From assembly GCA_963728205.1 (NCBI GenBank), contig CAVSIV010000002.1, positions 192,001 to 256,000 of the forward strand: a stretch of 64,000 nucleotides of DNA, read 5' to 3'. Numbering within the stretch: the stretch's first letter is position 1; each line of letters begins with the position of its first letter. The notes under the pieces are model-generated. The model saw only the letters and a program-made list of their open reading frames with translations, was not told the origin of the DNA and made no database searches. The stretch is from an uncultured Chloroflexia bacterium (GTDB taxonomy: Bacteria; Chloroflexota; Dehalococcoidia; UBA2979). Positions 55,693-64,000 of the stretch are shown here, in pieces. The position numbers and the translations under genes were made by a program.

Positions 55693-56699
55693 CGCGCGCG
55701 CGACGCTGGTCCCGGCGCGTGGCACACGTCGGCGCGGTCCTGCTTCCGGCGCTGCTGGCGGGGTGCGTGCAGAACGGCCAGGACGCGCTGAAGCCCGCGG
55801 GCCAGGGTGCGCGCGTGATCGCGCCGGTCGCCTGGACGATGTTCGGGATGGCCGCCGTGATCTTCCTCGGCGTGATGGCGCTGCTCGCCTGGGCGCTCTT
55901 CCGTCCGCGCGGCGAGGGGCGCCGCGGCCTCAGCGACCGCTCGAGCCACGGGCTCGTGATCGGCGGCGGGTTCGTCCTGCCCATGATCGTGCTCCCGATC
56001 CTGATGGGCATCCTGATCGGCACACTCCGCACGCTCAACGGCCAGAGCCGCACCGACGCGCTCCAGGTCACCGTCACCGCGCACGACTGGTGGTGGGAGT
56101 TCGAGTACCCCCACGAGCAGGTGACGACCGCCACCGAGCTGCACATCCCCGCGGGCCGGCCGGTCGTGATCACCGGGACCTCGGCCGACGTCATTCACTC
56201 GTTCTGGGCGCCGGCGCTCCACGGCAAGATCGACATGATCCCCGGCATCCAGAACTCCATCCGCATCGAGGTCGACCAGCCCGGCACCTACCGCGGGCAG
56301 TGCGCGGAGTTCTGCGGGACGCAGCACGCGCACATGGCGTTCTGGGTGATCGTGGACAGTCCCACCGACTTCGCGGCGTGGATGAAGGCACAGCAGCAAC
56401 CCGCGGTGCAGCCAGACAGCGACAGTGCGCGGCGTGGCGAGCAGGTGTTCACGCAGGGTGTCTGCGCCGCGTGCCACACCATCCGCGGCACCTCCGCCCA
56501 CGAGAAGGTCGGTCCCGACCTCACGCATCTGCAGTCGCGCACGGAGCTGGCCGGCGGCGTCTTCACGAACTCGCGGTCGGCGCTCGGGACGTGGATCACG
56601 TCGCCGCAGGCGATCAAGGCGGGCGCGAACATGCCGCCGACGGTCTTCTCCTCGGCCGACCTCAAGGCCTTGCTCGACTACCTGGAGTCGCTGAAGTGA
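55689..56699 (+). CDS. ctaC: Cytochrome c oxidase subunit II with fused cytochrome c (caa3 type)
   Basis: LAGC lipobox, WWWEFEY, DVIHSFW, CuA CAEFCGTQHAHM, CAACH...NMP. Confidence 0.95.
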   Translation: MTRARRWSRRVAHVGAVLLPALLAGCVQNGQDALKPAGQGARVIAPVAWTMFGMAAVIFLGVMALLAWALFRPRGEGRRGLSDRSSHGLVIGGGFVLPMIVLPILMGILIGTLRTLNGQSRTDALQVTVTAHDWWWEFEYPHEQVTTATELHIPAGRPVVITGTSADVIHSFWAPALHGKIDMIPGIQNSIRIEVDQPGTYRGQCAEFCGTQHAHMAFWVIVDSPTDFAAWMKAQQQPAVQPDSDSARRGEQVFTQGVCAACHTIRGTSAHEKVGPDLTHLQSRTELAGGVFTNSRSALGTWITSPQAIKAGANMPPTVFSSADLKALLDYLESLK

Positions 56700-56712
56700 T
56701 CGGGGGGCCGCG

Positions 56713-58629
56713 ATGACGACGACGACCGCCGCCCAGCGGCTCGAGCGGCTGTGGGAGACCCCGCGCGAGATCGCATTCCAGCTCGCGACCGTCGATCACA
56801 AGTCGATCGGCCGGCGCTACATCGTGACGGCGTTCGGCTTCTTCCTCGTCGCGGGGCTGGCGGCGATGACGATGCGCGTACAGCTGGCGCACTCGGACCT
56901 CGCCGTGCTCGACCCGGAGACCTACAACCAGTTCTTCTCGATGCACGGCACGATCATGATCTTCCTGTTCGCGACGCCGATGAACTCGGGGTTCGGGAAC
57001 TACTTCGTGCCGCTGATGGTCGGCGCGCGCGACATGGCGTACCCGCGCCTGAACGCGCTGTCGTACTGGGTCTTCCTGTTCTCGGGGCTCTTGCTGCTCG
57101 CGAGCATGGCGCTGGGCGCCGCGCCCGACGACGGCTGGTTCAGCTACTCGCCGCTCAGCGCGTCGGCCTACTCGCCCGGCGTGAACCTCGACTTCTGGGC
57201 GTTGTCGCTGATCTTCCTGAGCATCGCGACCACCGCCGGCGCGGTGAACTTCATCGTGACGATACTCACGCTGCGCGCGCCCGGCATGACCGTGAGCCGG
57301 CTGCCGCTGTTCTGCTGGGCGATCCTGTCGACGTCGTTCACGATCCTCTTTGCGCTGCCGCCGCTGACCGCCGGCAACGTGATGCTGGTGCTCGACCGCC
57401 TGATCAACACCCACTTCTTCGACGCGAACAACGGCGGCAACCCGCTGCTCTGGCAGCACCTGTTCTGGTTCTTCGGGCACCCCGACGTCTACATCATCTT
57501 CCTGCCGGCGATCGGGATGGTGTCGACGGTGATCCCGGTCTTCGCGCGCAAGCCGATCGTGGCCTACACGTTCGTCGCGCTGGCGACGGTGATGACCGGG
57601 TTCATCTCGTTCGGCGTGTGGGTGCACCACATGTTCGCCGTCGGGCTGCCGCAGCTCTCGGTCGCGTTCTTCGGCTCGGCGAGCATGATGATCACGATCC
57701 CGAGCGCCATCCAGATCTTCGCGTGGATCGCAACGATCTGGGGCGGGCACCAGGTGCGATGGCGCACGCCGTTCCTGTTCATGGTCGGGTTCATCGTGCT
57801 CTTCGTGATCGGCGGCCTGAGCGGCGTGATGTTCGCCGTGGTGCCGTTCGACTGGCAGGTGACCGACACCTACTTCGTCGTCGCGCACTTCCACTACGTG
57901 CTGCTCGGCGGCGCGGTCTTCCCGATCTTCGGCGGCCTCTACTACTGGCTGCCGAAGATCACCGGCCGGATGCTCAGCGAGAAGCTCGGGCACCTCAACT
58001 TCTGGCTGATGTTCATCGGGTTCAACCTGACGTTCTTCCCGATGCACATCCTCGGGCTCGAGGGCATGCCGCGCCGCGTCTACACCTACCCGGCCGGCAT
58101 GGGCTGGGACGGCCTCAACCTGACGTCGACGATCGGCGCGTTCGTGCTCGCGGTCGGCGTGCTCGTGTTCATCTTCAACTACTTCTGGAGCCAGGTCTTC
58201 GGCGAGCCCGCCGGCGACAACCCGTGGGAGGCCGACTCGCTCGAGTGGGCGGTGAGCTCTCCGCCGCCTCCGTACAACTTCCTCGCCATCCCGGAGGTCA
58301 TCGGCCGCAACGGCATCTGGGATGACCCCGAGCTGCCCGCGCGCATCCACAACCCGAGCGGACGCCTCGCCCAGCCCGGGGGCGAGATCCACGAGTCGCT
58401 GCAGACCACCACGCTCGACGCCGAGGAGCACCGGCGGCTCGAGATGCCCGAGGACACGCTGTGGCCGCTCGTCCTCGGCTTCGGGCTGCTGCTGGCGTTC
58501 GGCGGCGTGCTGCCGGGGCTGTGGCCGGTGCGCGTGCTCGTCATGGGCACCGGCGTCGCGATCGCGCTCTGGGCGCTGGCGTCGTGGATGTGGCCGAAGA
58601 CGCGGCTGCTGGAGGAGGACGAAGAATGA
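56713..58629 (+). CDS. ctaD: Cytochrome c oxidase subunit I (A family, variant)
   Basis: SMHG, DMAYPRLN, WFFGHPDVY, WVHHM, AHFHYV, GMPRR. Confidence 0.96.
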   Translation: MTTTTAAQRLERLWETPREIAFQLATVDHKSIGRRYIVTAFGFFLVAGLAAMTMRVQLAHSDLAVLDPETYNQFFSMHGTIMIFLFATPMNSGFGNYFVPLMVGARDMAYPRLNALSYWVFLFSGLLLLASMALGAAPDDGWFSYSPLSASAYSPGVNLDFWALSLIFLSIATTAGAVNFIVTILTLRAPGMTVSRLPLFCWAILSTSFTILFALPPLTAGNVMLVLDRLINTHFFDANNGGNPLLWQHLFWFFGHPDVYIIFLPAIGMVSTVIPVFARKPIVAYTFVALATVMTGFISFGVWVHHMFAVGLPQLSVAFFGSASMMITIPSAIQIFAWIATIWGGHQVRWRTPFLFMVGFIVLFVIGGLSGVMFAVVPFDWQVTDTYFVVAHFHYVLLGGAVFPIFGGLYYWLPKITGRMLSEKLGHLNFWLMFIGFNLTFFPMHILGLEGMPRRVYTYPAGMGWDGLNLTSTIGAFVLAVGVLVFIFNYFWSQVFGEPAGDNPWEADSLEWAVSSPPPPYNFLAIPEVIGRNGIWDDPELPARIHNPSGRLAQPGGEIHESLQTTTLDAEEHRRLEMPEDTLWPLVLGFGLLLAFGGVLPGLWPVRVLVMGTGVAIALWALASWMWPKTRLLEEDEE

Positions 58630-59234
58630 GCACCGACACCAGCCTGCTCACGCGCCCGCGGCGCAAGTCCGACTTCGCCGGGAAGCCGCTCGGGTGGTGG
58701 GGCCTCGTGCTGTTCATCGCCACCGAGGGCACGCTCTTCGCGTCGCTGCTCAGCAGCTACTTCTACATCCGGTCGGGCGCCGTGCACGGCTGGCCCCCCG
58801 ACGGCATCAAGATCCCCGAGCTCACCTACGTGCTGCCGGCGACCGTCGCGCTGCTGGGCAGCACGGTGCCGGCCATCGTCGCAGAGCAGGCGATGAAGCG
58901 CGGCCGCCGCGGCTGGGTCCAGATCGCGCTCGCGGCGACGATGCTGCTCGGCGCGATCTTCCTCGCGCTCGAGGGCTGGGAGTTCGCGCATTCGGAGTTC
59001 GGCCCGCAGCGCGACGCCTACGGCTCGCTCTTCTTCACCATCATCAGCTTCCACGCCATGCACCTCATCGTCGGGCTGCTGATCCTCGCGTACCTCCAGG
59101 CGCGGCTGCTCGCCGGCCACTTCACGGACGAGGCGCACGAGGCGCTCTCGAACGGGACGCTGTACTGGCACTTCGTCGACGTCGTCTGGATCGCGGTCTT
59201 CACGACCATCTATCTCTCGCCGAGGTTCGGATGA
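58626..59234 (+). CDS. ctaE: Cytochrome c oxidase subunit III
   Basis: FIATEGTLF, YGSLFF, FHAMHL, YWHFVDVVW. Confidence 0.93.
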   Translation: MSTDTSLLTRPRRKSDFAGKPLGWWGLVLFIATEGTLFASLLSSYFYIRSGAVHGWPPDGIKIPELTYVLPATVALLGSTVPAIVAEQAMKRGRRGWVQIALAATMLLGAIFLALEGWEFAHSEFGPQRDAYGSLFFTIISFHAMHLIVGLLILAYLQARLLAGHFTDEAHEALSNGTLYWHFVDVVWIAVFTTIYLSPRFG

Positions 59235-59641
59235 GCGCGATGTCCGATCCGCCGCACGCCACCCGCGAACGGTCCTTCGTCGACGTCGACCTGCCGTCGC
59301 CGTGGCTCCTGCTGTTCGCGCTGATGGGCGGGCCGCTCGCGTGGGCGGGTGCACTGATGGCGAACTACACGGTGTCGTCGCAGACGTGCGCGAACGGCTG
59401 GCGCGCGCCGCACCTGCTGATGGCCGGGATCACGATCGCGGCGTGCGTGATCTGCGTGGCGTCCGGGCTCGCGGCGATCGTCGCGTGGCGGGCGGTGCCC
59501 GACGTCGAAGGCGCGGCGGTGTCGCGCGCGCGCTTCATGGCGCACGGCGGTCTGATGTTGAGCGCGCTCGGGCTCCCGCTGACCGTCTTCCTGATCGTGC
59601 CCGCGGTGTTCCTGCAGATGTGTGCGACGGGCCATGTGTAG
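59231..59641 (+). CDS. Three-TM membrane protein of caa3 operons
   Basis: GGPLAW..., conserved Cys, RARFMA; translationally coupled on both sides. Confidence 0.7.
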   Translation: MSAMSDPPHATRERSFVDVDLPSPWLLLFALMGGPLAWAGALMANYTVSSQTCANGWRAPHLLMAGITIAACVICVASGLAAIVAWRAVPDVEGAAVSRARFMAHGGLMLSALGLPLTVFLIVPAVFLQMCATGHV

Positions 59642-60617
59642 GGCACGCCTGCGCGGACGGCTCGTCGCGGCGGGGGCCGTCGCGACCGCCGCGCTCGCGG
59701 CGGCGCCGGTGGTCGCGTTCGCGCACGCCGGCGGCGCGGCGGCCGGCGGCGCCGACGTGGCGACGGCGCTGCGCACGTGGCCGTGGAGCGACGGCGCCGC
59801 GGTCGCGCTGCTGCTCGGCGCGCCGTACGCGGTCGGGCTCTGGCGGCTGCGCGGGGCCGCCGGCGCGCGGGGGCGCGCGTCGTGGGGCGACGCGGCGTAC
59901 CTGGCCGGCGTGGCGGTCGCGGCGCTCGCCGTCGGCACGCCGCTCGACGGCATGGGCGACGCGGTCTTCTCGATGCACATGACGCAGCACCTGGTGCTGA
60001 TGCTCGTCGCCGCGCCGCTCCTCGCCGCCGGCCGTCCCGCGGCCGTGCTCGCCTGGGCGCTCCCGCCCGCGGCGCGCCCTGCCGTGCGCCGCGCGCTCCG
60101 GCCGCGGGCCCCCCGCCGCGCGTGCCGGGCGCTGACGCGCCTGCCCATCGCCGCGACCGTCTTCACCTGCCTGCTCTGGGCCTGGCATGCGCCCGCGCTG
60201 TTCGACGCGGCCGTCGCGCACGACGCCGTGCACGCCGTCGAGCACGCCTGCTTCCTCGGCTCCGCCTGGCTCTTCTGGCACGCCTACTTCCGCGAGGCGC
60301 TCGGGGGCGGCAACCGCGCGGCCGGCGCGCTCACGGCGGCGTTCCTCGTCGCCGCGCAGGCGAGCGTGCTCGCCGCGCTGCTCACGTTCTCGGCCGCTCC
60401 GTGGTACGCGCCGTACGCGACGCCCGTCGCCGGGTGGCCCGCCGGCCCGCTCGCGGACCAGCAGCTCGGCGGCCTGCTGATGTGGATCCCGTCGAACCTC
60501 TTCTTCATCGGCGCCTCGGCCGCCGCCTTCCTGCTGTGGATCCGCGCCGCCGAGCGCGACGCCCGCCGCACGCCGCCCGCCGGACGCCCGGCGGCGACCC
60601 GAGGGGAGGTGACCTGA
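59634..60617 (+). CDS. ctaG: Caa3-type CtaG cytochrome c oxidase assembly factor
   Basis: [36 protein letters not shown]. Confidence 0.88.
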   Translation: MCRARLRGRLVAAGAVATAALAAAPVVAFAHAGGAAAGGADVATALRTWPWSDGAAVALLLGAPYAVGLWRLRGAAGARGRASWGDAAYLAGVAVAALAVGTPLDGMGDAVFSMHMTQHLVLMLVAAPLLAAGRPAAVLAWALPPAARPAVRRALRPRAPRRACRALTRLPIAATVFTCLLWAWHAPALFDAAVAHDAVHAVEHACFLGSAWLFWHAYFREALGGGNRAAGALTAAFLVAAQASVLAALLTFSAAPWYAPYATPVAGWPAGPLADQQLGGLLMWIPSNLFFIGASAAAFLLWIRAAERDARRTPPAGRPAATRGEVT

Positions 60618-61156
60618 TGGCGGACCAGTCCGCCCGCCGTCCGGACGACGATGTCGTTAGCCGGCGCCGATTCTTCGAGAAGCTTTCGATCGGGCTCGGC
60701 GCGCTGGCCGGGACGATGGTCGCCGTGCCCGTCATCGGATACGTCTTCGGGCCGTTCCTCAGGCCGGCCCCCTCGGCGTGGCGGCCGGTGGGGAAGGTCG
60801 ACGACTTCACGGTGGGAAAGACCGTGGAGGTCACCTACGACGACCCGGAGCCCGCGCGCTGGGCCGGCACGACCGCGCGCTCCGGCGCCTGGCTGCACCG
60901 CGTGAAGGGTGAGGAGTTCGTCGCGTACTCGATCCACTGCACGCACCTGGGGTGCGAGGTGCGCTGGATCGCGTCGGCCGAGCTGTTCATGTGCCCGTGC
61001 CACGGAGGCGTGTACTACGCCAACGGCGTCGTGGCGGCCGGCCCGCCGCCGCGGCCGCTCGTCCAGCTGCGCGTGCGTGTGAACCAGGGGCAGGTCGAGA
61101 TCCAGACGCACGCCGTGCCGATCACGGGCGGCCGCTTCCGGGAGGTGAGCGGCTGA
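60617..61156 (+). CDS. qcrA: Rieske Fe-S subunit of a menaquinol:cytochrome c reductase
   Basis: Tat [27 protein letters not shown]. Confidence 0.93.
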   Translation: MADQSARRPDDDVVSRRRFFEKLSIGLGALAGTMVAVPVIGYVFGPFLRPAPSAWRPVGKVDDFTVGKTVEVTYDDPEPARWAGTTARSGAWLHRVKGEEFVAYSIHCTHLGCEVRWIASAELFMCPCHGGVYYANGVVAAGPPPRPLVQLRVRVNQGQVEIQTHAVPITGGRFREVSG

Positions 61157-62589
61157 TGTTCCACCGCGTGCGCCGCCTGACCTGGGACGTCGGCACGTGG
61201 CTCGACGACCGCGGGGGCTTCTCGAAGGCCCTGGGGCCACTGCTCAAGCACCGGGTGCCGCCACAGCTCGGCGGCCGCGCCGGCTGGATGTACGTGCTCG
61301 GCGCGTCGGTGCTCACGGTCTTCATCATGCAGGTCGTCACCGGCATCGCGCTGGCGATGATCTACGTGCCCTCGCCGAACGCCGCCCACGAGAGCCTGAA
61401 GTTCATCGACTCGCAGGCCCCGCTCGGGCACTTCATTCGCGGCATGCACTTCATCGGCGCGTCGTTCATGGTGGGGCTCGTCGCCATCCACATGGCGCGC
61501 GTGGTGCTGACGGCCTCGTACAAGTTCCCCCGCGAGCTGAACTGGCTGACGGGCTCCGCGCTGCTGATGCTTACGCTCTTCATGGCGTTCACGGGGCAGA
61601 TGCTGCGCTGGGACCAGGACGCCATCGGGTCGGTGCTCGTCGCTGCGGACCAGATGGGCCGCATCCCGCTGATCGGCGGCTCGCTCGCGAACTTCGTCTT
61701 CGCCGGCCGCAACATCGGCGCCTCGACGTTGACGCGGTTCTTCGTCTACCACGTGTTCGTCTTCGCCGGCCTGATCATCCTGATCGTCACCCTTCACCTG
61801 TACCTCGTGATCCACAATGGCGTCAGCGAGCCGCCGCGGTCGGGGCGCAAGGTCGACCCGAAGACCTACCGCTCCTGGTACCACTCGATGCTCGAGCGCG
61901 AAGGCCTGCCCTACTTCCCCGATGCCGTGTGGAAGGAGGTCGCGGTCGCCGTCGTGGTGATCGCGGCGATCATGGTGCTGGCGTGGGCCGTGGGCCCCCG
62001 CCCGCTCGGCGATCCGCCCGACCCGACGGCGGTCACGGGGAACCCGCGTCCCGACTGGTACATGGTGTGGATCTACGCGATCCTCGCGAAGACCCCGCAC
62101 GTGGCCGAGGACTGGGTGATCGTCGGTCTGCCGCTGGCGGCGGTCGTGACGCTGATCGCGGTGCCGTTCGCCTTCCGGGGCGGCGAGCGCAGCCCGTTCC
62201 GGCGGCCGTGGGCCCCGGCGATCGTGCTGTCGATTGCGCTAGTGGTCGGCGGATTCTGGTGGATCGGGCGCATCGCGCCGTGGTCGCCGATCTTCGACGC
62301 GCCGCCGCTGACGCCGGAGCTGGTGGGGGCGTCGTCGGGGCCGGTATGGGAGGGCTCGCAGGAGTTCTACGCGCGCGGCTGTCTGTACTGCCACAAGGTG
62401 AACGGCGACGGTGGTGTGCGCGGGCCGGATCTCACCCACGTGACGAAGCGGCTGACCGACGCCGACATCCGCGCGCGCATCCTCACCGGGCCGCCGGGCA
62501 TGCCGTCCTACGCGAACATCCTCACGCCCGAGCAGGTCGACTCGATCCTCACGTTCCTCAAGGCGCAGGACGCACGGCACCCGCAGTGA
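61156..62589 (+). CDS. qcrB: Cytochrome b (b6 + subunit IV) fused to a monoheme cytochrome c
   Basis: RGMH..IH, YH-x14-H, PDWY Qo motif, C-terminal CLYCH...GMP. Confidence 0.92.
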   Translation: MFHRVRRLTWDVGTWLDDRGGFSKALGPLLKHRVPPQLGGRAGWMYVLGASVLTVFIMQVVTGIALAMIYVPSPNAAHESLKFIDSQAPLGHFIRGMHFIGASFMVGLVAIHMARVVLTASYKFPRELNWLTGSALLMLTLFMAFTGQMLRWDQDAIGSVLVAADQMGRIPLIGGSLANFVFAGRNIGASTLTRFFVYHVFVFAGLIILIVTLHLYLVIHNGVSEPPRSGRKVDPKTYRSWYHSMLEREGLPYFPDAVWKEVAVAVVVIAAIMVLAWAVGPRPLGDPPDPTAVTGNPRPDWYMVWIYAILAKTPHVAEDWVIVGLPLAAVVTLIAVPFAFRGGERSPFRRPWAPAIVLSIALVVGGFWWIGRIAPWSPIFDAPPLTPELVGASSGPVWEGSQEFYARGCLYCHKVNGDGGVRGPDLTHVTKRLTDADIRARILTGPPGMPSYANILTPEQVDSILTFLKAQDARHPQ

Positions 62590-62620
62590 CGTGCCACGGC
62601 CTGCGGACGAGGAAGCGGTC

Positions 62621-64000
62621 ATGACCGGCGTCGCGCCAGCGGAGGCTCAGCGCTCGATCGGCGACTACGCCGTGATCGGCGACTGTCGCAGCGCCGCGCT
62701 GGTGTCGCGCGACGGCTCCGTCGACTGGCTCTGCCTGCCGCGCTTCGACAGCAGCCCCGTCTTCGGCGCCCTGCTGGCGCCGACGATCGGCGGGCGGTTC
62801 GCGGTGACCGTGCCGGGGGCGACCGTCGAGCGGCGCTACCTCCCCGACACGAACGTGCTCGAGACGACGTACGCGACGCCGTCGGGGCGGTGCCGTGTGC
62901 TCGACGCGATGACGGTCGGCGATGCCGCGGAGGTGGACCGCGTCGACTGGCCGGAGCGCGAGCTGCTGCGCGTGGTCGAGTGCCTGGAGGGCAGCGTGGA
63001 GGTGCGCGTCGAGTGCGCGCCGCGCGCGGACTTCGGCCGGTCCTCGGTCGCGATCGAAGACCGTGGCGCGCTCGGCCACTGGTGGCGCGCCGGTCCGGGT
63101 GCATGCGCGATGCACAGCGACCCGCCGCTCGTGCGCACGGGCAGCGGGCGGCTCGCGTCGACCCGGCGGCTCGACGCCGGAGAGCGGTGGCACCTCTCGC
63201 TCGTCTATGCCGAGGACGCACCGGCGACGATCCCGCCGCTCGGCGACGCCGCGCGTGAGCGCCTGGCGGCGACGATCGGCTGGTGGCGCCGATGGAGCGC
63301 CGCGCGCACGTACGACGGCCCGTACCGCGAGCACGTCATGCGCAGCGCGCTGGCGCTGCGGCTCCTCATCTACGCGCCGTCCGGCGCGATCGTGGCCTCG
63401 CCCACGACGTCGCTGCCGGAAGGCATCGGAGGCGAGCGCAACTGGGACTATCGCTACGCGTGGCTGCGCGACGCGTCGTTCGTCGTGCGCGCGCTGCTGC
63501 GCCTCTCGGCAGACGACGAGACCGAGTCGTTCGTCAGCTGGCTGCTCCACGCGACACGGCTCACGCAGCCGCACCTGCGCGTGCTCTACGACGTCTTCGG
63601 ACGCGAGCCGCCGGCGGAGCGCGAGCTCGCGGGGCTGCCGGGCTTTCGCGGCTCGCGCCCCGTGCGTGTCGGCAACGCCGCCGCGCAGCAGCTGCAGCTG
63701 GACGTCTACGGCGAGGTCGTCGACGCCGTCGCGCGCTGGGGCGAGCGCATCCAGCGCTACGACCGGCAGGAGTCGAAGGTGCTCGACGGCATCGGGAGGC
63801 TAATCACGCGCATCTGGGACGAGCGCGACGCCGGCATCTGGGAGGTCCGCTCGTCGCCGCAGCGCTTCACGCTCGGCAAGGTCATGTGCTGGGTCGCGCT
63901 GGACCGGCTCGTGCGACTGCACGACGACGGCCTGATCGACGTCTCCGTCGACGCCTTCCGCCGCGCGGCGGACGAGATCCGCGACGCGGTGGAGCGCCGC
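62621..64000 (+). CDS. Glycoside hydrolase family 15 (trehalase/glucoamylase-like), 3' end outside the window
   Basis: Absent from the ORF track because it has no stop. MTGVAPAEAQRSIGDYAVIGDCRSAALV..DWLCLPRFDS, SPTTSLPE, RNWDYRYAWLRD, QLDVYGE, GIWEVR. Confidence 0.92.
   Translation, partial: MTGVAPAEAQRSIGDYAVIGDCRSAALVSRDGSVDWLCLPRFDSSPVFGALLAPTIGGRFAVTVPGATVERRYLPDTNVLETTYATPSGRCRVLDAMTVGDAAEVDRVDWPERELLRVVECLEGSVEVRVECAPRADFGRSSVAIEDRGALGHWWRAGPGACAMHSDPPLVRTGSGRLASTRRLDAGERWHLSLVYAEDAPATIPPLGDAARERLAATIGWWRRWSAARTYDGPYREHVMRSALALRLLIYAPSGAIVASPTTSLPEGIGGERNWDYRYAWLRDASFVVRALLRLSADDETESFVSWLLHATRLTQPHLRVLYDVFGREPPAERELAGLPGFRGSRPVRVGNAAAQQLQLDVYGEVVDAVARWGERIQRYDRQESKVLDGIGRLITRIWDERDAGIWEVRSSPQRFTLGKVMCWVALDRLVRLHDDGLIDVSVDAFRRAADEIRDAVERR

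Overview
Very GC-rich bacterial chromosome segment. It is most compatible with a monoderm Chloroflexota (Dehalococcoidia/Tepidiforma-like) lineage; this is inference from the alpha2-type GlyRS, a CGAAC-N4-GTTCG LexA box, expanded Tat-lipoprotein family-5 SBPs and c-di-AMP receptors. Contents in order: tandem HD-GYP protein; c-di-AMP receptor DarA; glyQS with an SbcD-like phosphoesterase and a GNAT; 7Fe ferredoxin; CoA-transferase A/B; uvrA with an SOS box; a stand-alone VirB11/FlaI-like ATPase plus rhomboid; three near-identical orphan ABC substrate-binding lipoproteins; a Crp/Fnr regulator; a complete enterobacterial-type (fused NuoCD) complex I operon; a KdpD(N-truncated)/KdpE + KimA potassium module; MFS transporters; pgm; a histidine kinase with an HDOD protein; a cupredoxin-caa3-Rieske/cytochrome b operon; and a GH15 running off the end. 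Many single-base frameshifts, including one in the essential glyQS, point to uncorrected long-read errors. No rRNA, tRNA, CRISPR, IS or integrase was recognised. The best candidates for new biology are (i) a kdpFABC-less KdpDE module that appears wired to KimA and to an unknown 144-aa gene through a symmetric bidirectional promoter with 11-bp direct repeats, and (ii) an A-family oxidase that lacks the K-channel Lys and has GHPDVY.
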